A stretch of 60,582 nucleotides of DNA, counting the filler, from Squatina squatina (Eukaryota), in the NCBI GenBank assembly GCA_031763465.1. It is 4 parts of 4 records of this genome, joined end to end, with 100 filler letters (N's around TTAATTAATTAA, not from the genome) between each part and the next. Parts side by side here need not be neighbours in the genome. Positions count along the whole stretch, not along the records: positions 1 to 14,204 come from JARFOE010000120.1; positions 14,305 to 30,484 come from JARFOE010000080.1; 2 more parts are not named here. One strand, written 5' to 3'. How positions within the stretch are numbered: the stretch's first letter is position 1; each line of letters starts with the position of its first letter. Below, piece by piece: positions 11,690 through 23,980 of this stretch. The notes beneath the pieces were generated by a model, which was not told where the DNA came from, ran no database searches, and saw only the letters and a program-made list of their open reading frames with translations. A program made the position numbers and the translations under genes.

Positions 11690-11830
11690 TATAATTCCAA
11701 AACACTGAGCCTAATACTGACCCTAACTCTGACACTGATGCTTACTGTAACCCTAACCCTAAAGCAGTGTTAACTGTGACCCTAGCACTAACCCTAATAC
11801 TGACCCTAACCTAACCCTGACTCTTAACTC
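11690..11830 (+). repeat. Degenerate hexamer (CCCTAA-related) tandem repeat
   Basis: 6-bp periodicity of ccctaa/cactga/tactga/ctctga units, including taaccctaaccctaa. Confidence 0.75.
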
Positions 11831-11881
11831 AAAACAGCAGGTGTCAGGTGGTTAAATGCTGTTTGTCTGTGACTCTTACAG

Positions 11882-12118
11882 GTCGGCTTGTATAAAACTA
11901 TTCCCACCCGACTGCTGTCTCGTGCATGGGGTCGCCTGAATCAGGTGGAACTGCCCACCTGGATGCGGAAACCAGTCTACAATTTGTACATATGGACGTT
12001 CGGGGTCAATATGAAGGAGGCGGCAGTGGAAGATTTGCAGCACTACCGAAACCTCAGCGAGTTCTTCCGCCGAAAGCTAAAGCCACAGGCGCGTCCTGTC
12101 TGTGACTCTCACAGTGTG
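11882..12118 (+). CDS. PISD: PISD core exon (237 nt)
   Basis: [79 protein letters not shown], near-identical to human PISD. Acceptor ttacag, donor GTG|GTAAGA. Confidence 0.98.
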
Positions 12119-13029
12119 GTAAGACGTGTTAAATTGGCTACATTTTTTGAGCGACAACAATGCATTTCTGAAGGCCCCCCCCCAGAAAAAAACAACCCAG
12201 GTTACAAGACCTTGGACTGTGTTCTCATTCGACTTTGGCTTTCGTTCCTTTCTGAGCTTTAATGGATGGTCATTGCCCCATTGTGGTGACTTCTGGCTGC
12301 AGAAACCTCTCTTGTTTCTCTGAAGCGAGTTTTAGATCCAGTATTTATGATACGTTTGAAATCGTGTCCCGGAGGAGCAGGTATTACAGCTTGCCTCTGT
12401 GCGCTGAGGCGAGGGACAAGAATTCGGCCGTGGTTCCTGTTCCCGATTGTTGTCCGGTGACAGCAGCTGCTGGAGATTGAGTCTGTGTTGCTCGCTGAGT
12501 GAGGACAGACTGTGATCTCTCACTCTCCATTCCCAATCCTGCCAGCGCACGATGTCTAGTTCCACGGGTGCCGAAGGGCCATTTGGTGACTGGCTGTCCG
12601 CACACGTGGAGCGCCACCTGAGTCCACCCTATAGGCGAGGATGGGGCACAATGTTTCTAACCTGCGTCCCGGGTCTGACACCTGCTTTCACACATTCTAG
12701 TTGATGGGCAAACACGGCCCATGTTGTGGGGGGGGCTGTGTAAAGAGTGCAGACCCCTGCCTTGGCACAAATCCAGTTTCATTTTGGTATACTTTTGTTC
12801 TGAATACACAGTAGAACCAGCACCTTCGAATGTGGTGCAAGTGTTGGTGCCCTCATACCTGGAGCAAGTTATAGTGCAACAACCCCAGTGTATCAGTGAC
12901 TGGTTAGCACCAAACGTCAGAGAATGTGTNNNNNNNNNNNNNNNNNNNNNNNNNNNNNNNNNNNNNNNNNNNNNNNNNNNNNNNNNNNNNNNNNNNNNNN
13001 NNNNNNNNNNNNNNNNNNNNNNNNNNNNN

Positions 13030-13810
13030 AAATTCAACACAGATAAGTAAGAGGTATTTTGCGAAGAAAAAAGTCACATATTGCTTAGAAAATAAGAATC
13101 TAAATGGGGTAGAGGAACAAAGGGATCTCAGAGAACAAATACACAAATCACTAAAAATAGCGACACAGGTTAACCAGGCCATTTAAAAAAAAAAACCAGA
13201 GGGTAGAATTGAAAAGGAGAGAAGTTATTGCCAAACCTGTATCGAACCTTGGTTAGACCACATTTGGAGCACTGCGCACAGTTCTGGTCACCATATTATA
13301 AAAAGGATATAGAGGCACTGGAGAGGGTGCACAGAAGATTTAGAAGGATATTACCAGAAATGCGAGGGTATATATATCAGGAAAGGATGAACAAGCTGGG
13401 TCTCTTTTCTCTTGGAAAAGGCGGAGTGGGGACCTAATAGAGGTCTTTAAAATGATGAAAGGTTTTGATAGAGTGGATACAGAGAGAAAGCTTCCACTTG
13501 TGGGGAAGAGCATAACTAGAGGCCATCAATATAAGACAGTCACTGAGAAATCCAACAGGGAATTCAGAAGAAACGTCTTTACCCAGAGAGTGGTGAGAAT
13601 GTGGGACTCGCTCCCACAGGGAGTGGTTGAGGCGAATGGTATAGATACATTTATGGGGAAGCTAAATAAACACATGAGGGAGAAGGGAATAGAGGGTTAT
13701 GCTGAAAGATTAAGTTGAGGAAAGACGGGAGGAGGCTCGAGTGGAGCATAAAGGTGGGCATGGACTGTTTGGGCCGAATGGCCTGTTTCTGTGCTGTATA
13801 TCCTAAGTAA
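13030..13810 (+). mobile_element. CR1 LINE 3' end inside a PISD intron
   Basis: LYRTLVRPHLEHCAQFWSPYYKKDIEALERVHRRF...FTQRVVRMWDSLPQGVVEA; tail gaatggcctgtttctgtgctgtatatcctaagtaa. Confidence 0.92.
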
Positions 13811-13832
13811 TAATCACTTTGCTATTTTCTAG

Positions 13833-13971
13833 ATCAGTCCTTCTGATGGAAAGATCCTGCATTTCGGGAGGGTGAAGAACTGTGAGGTGGAGCAAGTGAA
13901 GGGTGTGACTTACTCACTAGAGACTTTCCTGGGCCCTCGGACCTGGTCAGAGAACCTGGAGATCAGCAAAA
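13833..13971 (+). CDS. PISD: PISD core exon (139 nt) carrying the SPSDG motif
   Basis: [46 protein letters not shown]. Acceptor ttttctag, donor A|GTAAGT; in phase with the previous exon. Confidence 0.97.
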
Positions 13972-14248
13972 GTAAGTTCATTTGCTCAATACGGGATTGG
14001 ATGGATTTGTTTACAGCCAGTTCCTAAAAACTTCAATTAATACTCGTGCAGTTTCCAGTAGAAAACATGTTTTTCTCAGACTTGTGTCAGTGTAGCTCTG
14101 TGTGCAGGCTTCCCTGAATTATATCCTTAAATTCCTTCATGTTGCAAAATATTGGTCAGTTTGTTTCCCTGGAAAGAATTGAGAGGTGCCCCCCTGTCTC
14201 CTTTNNNNNNNNNNNNNNNNNNNNNNNNNNNNNNNNNNNNNNNNNNNN

Positions 14249-14260
14249 TTAATTAATTAA
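14249..14260. other. Artificial scaffold linker TTAATTAATTAA embedded in Ns
   Basis: Palindromic 12-mer centred in a ~100-nt N run; identical copies at 30529 and 48272. Confidence 0.95.
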
Positions 14261-15199
14261 NNNNNNNNNNNNNNNNNNNNNNNNNNNNNNNNNNNNNNNN
14301 NNNNGTGCAATGCCAAAATCTTAAACAAGGTTTAATTCCCAGCATGAAAAAAAGTAAATTGCAATAAAATAACATTTTAATGTTAGGATGGATGGAAAAT
14401 AGTTGGATTATTTTTTTCTTGTATTTCAACCATGGCCTAATTTGTTAGTGAAATATTTTACTAAACGAACAGTTTTACCAGCAGCTTAATTTCAGGACGA
14501 GCATTCTTAATTACAAATCAAAGCTGGAATTTTGAGCTATAATCGCTGAGTAGCCACTGCTGGAGCAAAATTCATTTTTACTTAATAAATTCAACAAGTC
14601 TGCCACTGAGTGTATTATGTGTAAAGTAATGGGAGTAACAGTATTTATTTTACATGCTTCAATTGAATGACAGAATTACTTAATTAAAAGGCCACTAATC
14701 TACTCTAGAGGAAGATTGCAACATAGTTTTATAGTGATTAGTTATGAAATTAGATTTTACCTGTAGTTTGGAAATCCCATTCTGGTATTAATTTCATGCT
14801 ATCTCACAATCATTAACACTGTTGATGTGAATGACATGTTGAGATTATGGTAATGGCAAGTAGCAGAAACAGTGTTGAGAGACGTCTCAGGCGAGCATCA
14901 GATATGGCAGGGAAACTCCTTGGAGCTGCTCTTGCCCCGCCTGCGTTACTTCACTGGAAGTGCAGCGGAAATCCCATTTATGTACGCAAACGGGGTTATC
15001 CGCCACACTTCTGGTGAAGTAACACCAGTGAAACAGGTGCAGCCTGGAGGGTCTTTTTGTCCATTGGCTAATAAATGGTTTGAAACTAATTAGAAATTTA
15101 CGGCACAGAAGGAGGTTATGATTCTATGATTCTAATTAGTTTCAAACCATTTATATTTATTCTGCATTCGATTTAAACCCAAGTCTACAAAGCTCTCCC

Positions 15200-15565
15200 A
15201 ATGGCCTCGTGGTATAGTGCTAAGCCACACATACCAGAATGTCCCATGTTTGATTTCTGGTTTTCTCTTTAGTTAGTTGGTGTTGGCAGGCCCGCACTGG
15301 GCCTCAGGTAGAGAGGGGAAAAAATCAACAAGGGTTCCAGTTTTAGATCACCATCCTACTGTAAAGTAAACAATATGGATGGTAGATGAGGACAGGATTG
15401 AACGTGCCTGTGATGCCCTCCCAGCTGAATAGCTCGTTGACACTCACTGGCTAGCCACATATCTGAAAAATAGCCACTTCGATTAGATACCATAAGAATG
15501 CCAGCAACCATAAAACTGTACTCTAATAAGACCCAGCATCTTCAAGGGCAGAGAGGAGAAAATCA
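15200..15565 (+). mobile_element. tRNA-derived SINE, second family
   Basis: Shares motifs (gaggacaggattg...tgtgatgccctccc...actcact...aactgtac...cttca.gg..agaggagaaaa) with 38670-39055 and 42630-43045. Partial copies near 12380-12610, 35345-35560, 40840-40965 and, on the minus strand, 22960-23160. Confidence 0.65.
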
Positions 15566-16892
15566 GCAAAAAGAAACTTCAGGGCTGGAAGGTAACCATG
15601 AACAATACCTCCCCACCACCACCTTCTCAGGTCAATAAACATGGTGCCAACATCAGCCACATCCTGAGAACAAATAAAACATTTACTCCCTTGGGCTGTT
15701 TGAGTGCTTGGGCATTTACAAATTTATGAGAACAATCTAGCACAATCCAATTTTTGACATAACACACAGCACAAGGCAGGTGAGTCCTAATGGCAAAGGA
15801 AAAGAATATTGATGAGTGACATACCTTCATGCTAGATTGTTTATTATCCTCAGTTTCAGAGGTTCTTGTGCACAACAAGTGATTAATATATCTAAAAGAT
15901 TTTTTTAAGTGTATTGTTTAATAATTTAATATCTTTAAATACATACTAATAATATATGGCTATTGTTATACTTGAAACTTTAGTATGTGAACAAAATTTC
16001 ACTTATGCAACATGTATGTTAAAAAATGTAAAAATATAATCTAATAGGAATTGGATATCAACGGGGCCATATAATATTTTTGTGTGTGTTCATCATCCCT
16101 TTCCGGATAAAACTTTGCAAATTCCTGATTTTTACCTGGATTATTTTTTACATAAACGCTGAAAAAAAAAACCAAGAATATCGAAAAGAAACTTAAAATG
16201 AAGACCTTCTCTCCTAAGCATATACAATGAAGAGGTCCTCCTGCAGTGTACTGACCACAGACTAATCCCCCACCTCACATGAGGATACTTTACTGTGCTT
16301 ACTTGAGTTTTTCATTTTACCCTCTCACCTTGTTCAGTGATACTGATAAATTAGCAACAAGCCAATAGATTGTTTTGTGGCCCTGTGCCCACTTGGAACT
16401 GGAATGAGACTTTCCAGCATACTTGAGACTCTCAACCCTCAGAGAGAGCAGACACTTTCATCTCATTTGCTGAACCAGATCTACAGCCTAATGCCAAAGT
16501 GAAGTATAAGTGCTTGACAGAGCCCCTAATTCCTCTGCCCATGCTGGGTGCTTATATCAATTTTAGTTACATCAAAGCATTTTTTTTAAATAAAAGTGAT
16601 TTTCTTTTCAACTGCAACGTTTTGGTACTTTAATGGCCACATATTATGTGAAGCATCATTGATCTATATATCCATCATTATACTCTACATCCAGTCCAAA
16701 CTTAGAGTGCTGACAGATACAAGGAAATCTGTTCTCACTGTGCTAGCCAGTTATTCACGTGAGGACTCATAAATACCTACCCTGTAATATATNNNNNNNN
16801 NNNNNNNNNNNNNNNNNNNNNNNNNNNNNNNNNNNNNNNNNNNNNNNNNNNNNNNNNNNNNNNNNNNNNNNNNNNNNNNNNNNNNNNNNNNN

Positions 16893-17070
16893 TCTGGAGT
16901 AGAGAATTCCAAAGATTCTCAACCCTCTGAGTGAAAAAATTTCTCTTCATCTTAGTCCTAAATGGCTGACCCCTTATCCTGAGTCTGTGCCTCCAAGTTC
17001 TAAACACCCCAGTCGGGAGAAATTCAGCCTCTACCCTGTCCAGCCTTCTAAGAATTTTGTATGTTTCTGA
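16893..17070 (-). mobile_element. CR1 LINE fragment
   Basis: ETYKILRRLDRVEAE...FFTQRVENLWNSL. Confidence 0.85.
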
Positions 17071-17418
17071 CTGATAGCAGTGATCTAACCTCTTTTCTGT
17101 GAGAACCATAAATGAGTGGCTGTAACACTTATGGGTCTTTTATAACCTTCTTACCTTAGATTATTTTGACTCTGATATTTCAGATCACTCTCATCAATGA
17201 GTGCAAACCTATCCTAGCCTTGAAATCTGGGAAAGGTTTTGATAACACGACCCTTGGGTATCACCTTGGTGTAACACCAGGATAAATTTAAGAACGGCAC
17301 AGCGTGACACCAGTGTTTGGCTCAGGGCAATAAGAAGCATGCTGTAAATATGTACGTGCACAGCCAAACCACTCTGTGTTCTGAAGTAAGTCTGTTCTGT
17401 GTTTTCTGTGTTTGACAG

Positions 17419-17545
17419 GATGTTTGGAGGTCGGTTTGAAATAGGAGACCCAAGTTCCTTTTATGCCTCCTTACTGAACCATTGTCTCCTTAAGAAGATC
17501 TGTTCTAAGACGTCATCAACGGATAACATGGTCTGTAGACTCTGA
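17419..17545 (+). CDS. Candidate terminal exon of an unidentified gene, ending in a PTS1-like tripeptide
   Basis: Acceptor gttttctgtgtttgacag followed by an open frame MFGGRFEIGDPSSFYASLLNHCLLKKICSKTSSTDNMVCRL*. No homologue recognised. Confidence 0.3.
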
Positions 17546-18694
17546 TGGAAGACTATCTCCAAATTGGTCTTCTTTGTTACAGTCTCTCCCATTTCCTCTT
17601 CTACATACTTTTGTTCCCCTGTTATAAGGACATATATGAGAATGCTTACTGTCAGCTCCATGGTAATGGCTCTGTAACACAAGGGTGGAAGAAAAGATTT
17701 CCCTGTCTGAAGCTGCTGAAAGGTATTGTGAACAATTCCTTCTTTGTTGTGCAGCTGAGAACATTTTTTTCTAATTGGTGCACTCCAAGCTTGTGGACAT
17801 TCTAAGCCTGTGAACCCAATTACTTCCTGGTTTGACAAATCATACAGAAAACTTACAGCTCTATTTTACAAGCTTAACTTAAGTCAGGTGCAATTCGGAC
17901 ATGCTTACGGAACTTCTGGGAAGGCAGCCTTTGATCTCATTATCACATTGTTTGCATACTTGTACCATAAGCACGTCATCTGCCAGCAGCTAATTCCAGC
18001 AGAATTTAGTGTGTATTTTAGACTGAGTATAACTCTGAGTGTTTCTGATTTATGACCCAAATTACAATCTCCAGTGCTGCTTTTGCACCAAGAAAAGTTG
18101 AAATTTTGGGCCCAAATTCCTTCACTTACCCTTGCTTTGGCAGGTTTCACTCCCAACCCACTGTTTTTGTTTGGAGGGCAGCAGTAATCTGTTTCTTTAT
18201 TCTGGCAACTAACTCTCACATAACACAGTGGAATGCTCATCTTTGGTGGCATTCATAAAAGTACAAAATGACAAGAATAACTTGTATGACATTAAGCTTT
18301 AAAATTATCTATCAGAGTATGACAAGTAATATCTTAGAGAGCACAAAAAATGAGAAACATATTTCTGAGGTTATGTATGATAATTATTCAAAAACATTTC
18401 CTTTCCAACAATCAACCATCACTAAGTGTGGAATGAACTGAAATAAACTAGCTATTGATTGCAGAAATGTGAACTGTTTCCAATTATTTCTAATTAAAGT
18501 AGCACAAATAATTTAGTTAAATAGAGATACGATCTTATTCTAGAGGAATTTGTACTACAATGTACCAAATGTGATTGGCAGTAAGCAAACTGAATCAACA
18601 GGATGTTCAATACATAAACGAGTAATCCTTTGCTTTTTTTTTAAATTTTGAGATTTCACGTTTCAAAGATTCAGTGAAAAACACAAAAAATAAA

Positions 18695-18853
18695 CTACTG
18701 ATTCTTCAGGAATAAAGCTGCCCCAGACTGAATCCATTGGTCCTGGCTGACTCCACAGGGGACATCAATGTTTATTACTACCTGATCTCGTTCAGCGCTG
18801 GTATAGACTGGCAAAGAAATGCACTCTTCAGGAGAGTACGGCCCATTAGCATC
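18695..18853 (-). CDS. DYNC2H1: Cytoplasmic dynein 2 heavy chain 1, terminal coding exon
   Basis: DANGPYSPEECISLPVYTSAERDQVVINIDVPCGVSQDQWIQSGAALFLKNQ* matches the human DYNC2H1 C-terminus. Acceptor tttttgcag, stop TAG. Confidence 0.96.
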   Translation of the reverse strand, partial: DANGPYSPEECISLPVYTSAERDQVVINIDVPCGVSQDQWIQSGAALFLKNQ

Positions 18854-20316
18854 CTGCAAAAAAGTTTCAAGTTTAAAGTTAAACAAAGCCAAAAACAACT
18901 GACAGAATAAAAGAGCTGAACAGTTTTCTAAAATCAACAGCAGACAATTTATGGGTGTTTGGGCCAGAAAAATCAATAGGAACCAACAATTTGATCAAAA
19001 CAGGAAATACGAAGGCAAGCAAACAATGAACAGTCTTGGACAGCATGTCCTTTCGTGTCACNNNNNNNNNNNNNNNNNNNNNNNNNNNNNNNNNNNNNNN
19101 NNNNNNNNNNNNNNNNNNNNNNNNNNNNNNNNNNNNNNNNNNNNNNNNNNNNNNNNNNNNNTTCTGGATGAAGGTCCTGGAAGTCATCAAGGGAATGACC
19201 AGCCTCACTATCCCTCCAGACCTAACAATCAACCTACTGTAAGCAGAGCAGAGAGCCCTACCACTCAAAGGCTCATCCTACTTCAACTCTATGCAGCAAG
19301 GAAGTGCATCCTCCACCTCTGGTGCAAACCAACACCTCCACAACAAGGACAAGCAACCTGTGGGACATCTGCCAAACTGAACGAGTAATGTATTGATTAC
19401 ACCTGAGGAGCTAGTAAAATGCCCAGGAGGTTTTCCTGCAGATCCATGCCAGTCACCCAAATCTCCACNNNNNNNNNNAGCTATCTTCAGAATGAAACAA
19501 TCCCCACCCCAATCAAACCACTTGGCTTCCACAGATAAGTAGCTTGCCCCAGCCCAGCACTCAACAAATCTTTCACCAGCGCTCCTCCTGCATAACCTGC
19601 AAGTCCTGACATGAAGTGAACCTTACCCTGCCAATTAGTTATCCCACCCAAATATGAAGAACTGCATTGCTGTATAGGCTCCTGAGTATCATATAGCTTA
19701 CAAAGTGCATGTATTGTTATTCTACCATCAATAGAGAAAGCATGTAAATTCTTGTATAAAATGGTAATATCAAAATTATTTGAAAACTAAGCTACACTGG
19801 ATAGTCAGTGAGTACATATAATGAAGCTAGTAAGAAACACTGGAGTGGAAATTCCTTTAGACCCATTTTCAGTGCCGAAATGGGTGCTGCACGCTGAGCG
19901 CTTGCTCAAACCAGGAAATCTGAGGCTGACCCGAAATTGGTGTCTGTTTCCTGGTGTAGGCTGTCACACAAGTGTAGAATGCCACTGACTGCACAGAAAA
20001 AAACAGGCAGTACAAAATAAAATCTATGTTTTAATTATCTGGAAATATTGTTTTCACACCATCCCCAAGTTTTCCAATTGGAAGTGTTCAATACTGTGTT
20101 TAAATTGCCTTAATAGTGTATAGTCTCCTGTAGATCTACTTTTGACATCCCTTGAAAATAATGTGATGCGATTCAACACAATTTACATCATCAGACTCCT
20201 CAGTTCAAGATGATTGTCATAGAGTTATGGAATGTGCGGTCATCTTCCTGCTAAACTTTATGATATTTTTAACACCAGATGAATGATAACTTTTTCTGTT
20301 AAAGCAGATTTCCTAC

Positions 20317-20398
20317 CCTGACTTGAAGTTTTGCATTCGCTATCCGTCCCTTCCACATTGCAACAAATTTCAGGTTGTCTATTGAGCAACCCATAACC
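20317..20398 (-). CDS. DYNC2H1: DYNC2H1 exon (82 nt)
   Basis: (R)VMGCSIDNLKFVAMWKGRIANAKLQVR vs human AVGRSVDSLKFVASWKGRLQEAKLQIK. Acceptor ctgcag, donor gtagga; phase matches the exon at 20572-20681 across a 173-nt intron. Confidence 0.92.
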
Positions 20399-20571
20399 CT
20401 GCAGTATAAATAAATGATTGAAAAATATTTGAACTTTACAATCTAAAATCTTAGAAACCCGCTTAGATTTTATTGAGTTGTGTACACGGATACCTAAGTA
20501 ACTTTGCTCCTCCACAGCTCATTGTCTTACACCATTAAGAAAATAAACATCACTAGTGTTTCAAGGCTTAC

Positions 20572-20681
20572 CTTGCAGTTTCTTGACGCAGAGCATTAAG
20601 AAAGGTATCTGGATGGAACAGTTCAGATAGGTCTAGGGTATCTGAAAGCAGTGTCTGATTTTCAGCTTTTTCAACCCAGTG
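20572..20681 (-). CDS. DYNC2H1: DYNC2H1 exon (110 nt)
   Basis: HWVEKAENQTLLSDTLDLSELFHPDTFLNALRQETA(R). Acceptor gttacag, donor AG|GTAAGC. Confidence 0.95.
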
Positions 20682-21879
20682 CTGTAACAAGAAGCAAACA
20701 GTTAGAAGTGCAGCAAGAGTTCATCTCAACCTTGCCATTCGCTCACTCTGTTCAGTTGGTTCAACTAGAGTTGTGCTTCAAATTCTTTCACAGTTTAGTT
20801 TTCTGAAAATTGATTTTATATGTATTTTGTGTTGCAACCATTTTAGATGCATTTATTTTACAGAGTACCATATGGAGGAGAAATCTGAATTTTGCATAGA
20901 AGACTGGAGGTGACTACAAACTACTGAGTGGATGCAGTTAAACTGACTTGCAACTTCCAAAATGTTTCTCTGTATTGGCTTGGTAAAACCAATAGGCCTC
21001 TCCCTACATTAACCAAAGTGGGTGCTCCACTTTAGAACCATGCCATGGAAAACATCTGTCAGAGGTTTCTGATTGTGAAAAGTGTTAACTCAAGTGGCAT
21101 GTGAAATTAATTAAATTGTACATTTTGTAAAAATCAGATATGCTAAGAAAGTTTAAGAGATTTAATGGTTAAGCAATAACCTATTCTAACAAACAAAAAA
21201 AAATTGTGGATGTTGTTTAGTCTGTTCTAGCACAAGTTTACATGTCACATTTATACTGGAGTGAAACATGTTTTTGCTAATTGTACCATATCATATTAAT
21301 TGTGGGTAGAATTACAAAATGTTTATTCTGTCAAAACCACTATGTCAGTATTCCAATTTTACACTTAATAACTTCGTATTATTTGTGTCTTCCAAACCAC
21401 AGGATTTTAATGAGTGCCTGAAAGAGCTTCAGAAACTCATATGTAAACACTAAATCCAATTAAATAAGACAATGTCTGTTTAATGCTGCGATTTTCATTT
21501 AATTAAGCTTTCCTTGACACTGTTAGAATTTGCTTGTTAGAGACAAAAAAATTACAGATCTGCCGATGCACTGTTTCTGAAGATATATTTTAATAACATA
21601 GCTAATATATAAAAGCTTTTTTGCATAAACAGTGCCTTTTGTTTCACTTATAAAGTTAAAGATAAAATGATGTTGAAATAGATAAGTCAGCAAACATAAA
21701 CTCGTTTCTTTCAAATGAAATATTTCTGTCTCAAAGTATCGTGCTTAAATTCCTGGTCATACCTGCATATAGGACTAACTTTATTTTTATATACATAAAA
21801 CTGTACAAGATCAGGAGTATAAAAAATAAGGCTGTGTACAATAATGTGCCTTCTAGTGTTAAGCCCTGTAACTTAATTT

Positions 21880-22030
21880 AAATGCATAAAGCATATGAGG
21901 GAGAAGGGAATAGAGGGTTATACTGATAGAGTTAGATGAGGAAGGATGGGAGGAGGCTCAAGTGGAGCATAAACGTCAGCATGGATTGGTTGGGCTGAAT
22001 GGCCTGTTTCTGCGCTATATATTCTAAGTA
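21880..22030 (+). mobile_element. CR1 3' tail, same subfamily as 13030-13810
   Basis: Closely similar to 13670-13810 (gagggagaagggaatagagggttat...gaatggcctgtttctg). Confidence 0.85.
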
Positions 22031-23289
22031 AAACCATAATTAAGTCCCTATCTAATNNNNNNNNNNNNNNNNNNNNNNNNNNNNNNNNNNNNNNNNNNNN
22101 NNNNNNNNNNNNNNNNNNNNNNNNNNNNNNNNNNNNNNNNNNNNNNNNNNNNNNNNAAATATGTAAATTAGATCCTACGACATTGTAGGCCCCTGATTGG
22201 AATTTTGAATTACACATAGGCAGAGCGTGCACTGTACCAGGTTGTGAGCAGCCTAACCAGCACTTGTTAAAGCACTGCTGGAGGCTGCACCAGAATATGT
22301 TTCCCAACCTTTTTTTCATTTATTTCTGTGGGGCCAGGAGGAGTAGAAATACAAATATGAATGTCAGTCTTGCACTACAGGTTTCCTATCAGTACACAGG
22401 CATCTGTGTATTTCAAATGTGGGTGCAGTACTCTTATCTGTTCTGCTGGTTAATATTTTGAATTATTGTATGAGCTGATTTTTTCACATAATCTTATCTA
22501 AAATATCTTGAATTTAAAAGTCTGTCTCTAATATAAATAGATTCCTTGGGATTTTATTTTAAAAGTATTACGTAATCTGATAGTGCTGCTGTCACAATCT
22601 AAGAACTTGAATTTTATCTAACAGTACAGTACTATGAAGTTTAATAACAAAATTGTGACACAACTAATTAATTACAGGTAAACTGACTGCCACTGTGCTT
22701 CATTTGGCTTGTAAATTACTTCCATTGCCTTAAGCAGCATTTTATGAGAACAGCTTATAACATCAATAGTTCAGGGAGGATAGCTTGCTTTTTTTCAAAT
22801 TTAAAATATTGTTTCATAATCTATGTGTGTGACTTTCTAATTGTAATAGATTTTCCCCAATTTTCCCCCCCACCCATTTTCTTCCCTCCTCTCTTGAAGG
22901 CAGTGGTTCACAACATTAGCCTCCATTACCTCTCCAGCTAGGAGCCTAGACTGGGAGGGCTAGATTTTCTGCCTATTTATTATGATCAGCCAGAAGATCC
23001 AGCCCACAATGAGTGTTAAGTTTTGAGGGCACTGCATCCGAGTCTGACCTTATTTCATTTGACCTCCGCAAACATGCACATGCAAGGTGTCACTGGACAG
23101 TAATCAGAAAAAAGAGCCTAAGCTAATTATTTTTCTTCCATAGCCCACAGACACTAAGGTCAATTTTTCAAACTTGGAACATTTGGTCTGTAGAGATCAG
23201 TATCACACCAGTCCTGAAAGCGAAGTTTCAGGGTCTAGGTCAAGTATTTAAGAGAAGAACCTCGAGGGTAGTAATCTCGGAATTACTTC

Positions 23290-23980
23290 CCAAGGGAGTA
23301 GAGAGACCACAGTAGAGACAAGGTAGAGAGGGTGCCTGTTAAGATAGGTAGGAAAGTTTATATGGAGGAAGGATTTAGGTAGGACAGGAGGGCAGCGAAT
23401 TCAGAAGAGACAAGTCAAGGGGAGCTGAAATGGAGATTGTAATCACAGAGGAGTCACTCAGTGCNNNNNNNNNNAACTCAGGATGGGGATGGGGGGTGGG
23501 GGAAATTTTTAAGAGAGGAGTGAAACAAGGTGAGGTGCTCAAAGGAGAAGGTGCCAGAGAAGTAAGGTGAGAGACTAAGGTGTGATTTAGTGATATGGGC
23601 CCATTGTCATTGTGGCTGTTTGGACAGGATATGTGGTGGAAAGGATAGCTAGGTGGGGAGGTTTTAGTAAGAGGCAAGGCATCACCACCCATAAGCCAAG
23701 TCTCAGTCGAATATAGGATGTCAATGCAATCAAGGACAAGGCAAGGACATTGTTTATGAGTGAGTGGACATTCTGGAGGCAAATATAGAAGGAGTGCAAT
23801 TGTTGATCCATTGATAGAGTCCAAGAGGAAAGGAGAAGTACATGGAGTGAGTGGAACAGGAAGTAGGTTGGTGAAGCTCGGTTCCAGCAGGTGTGTTGGC
23901 CAGGAAAGTTGTGAGAGAGTAGAACTGCTGCTTGTACAGAGGCAGCAACAGGTGCTTTAATATGCCCTTTGGAGAATGCG
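23290..23980 (-). mobile_element. L2/CR1-group LINE fragment, AP-endonuclease region
   Basis: Remnants CLQNVHSLINNVLA and CIDILYSTETWL, typical of the APE N-terminus. Confidence 0.65.
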
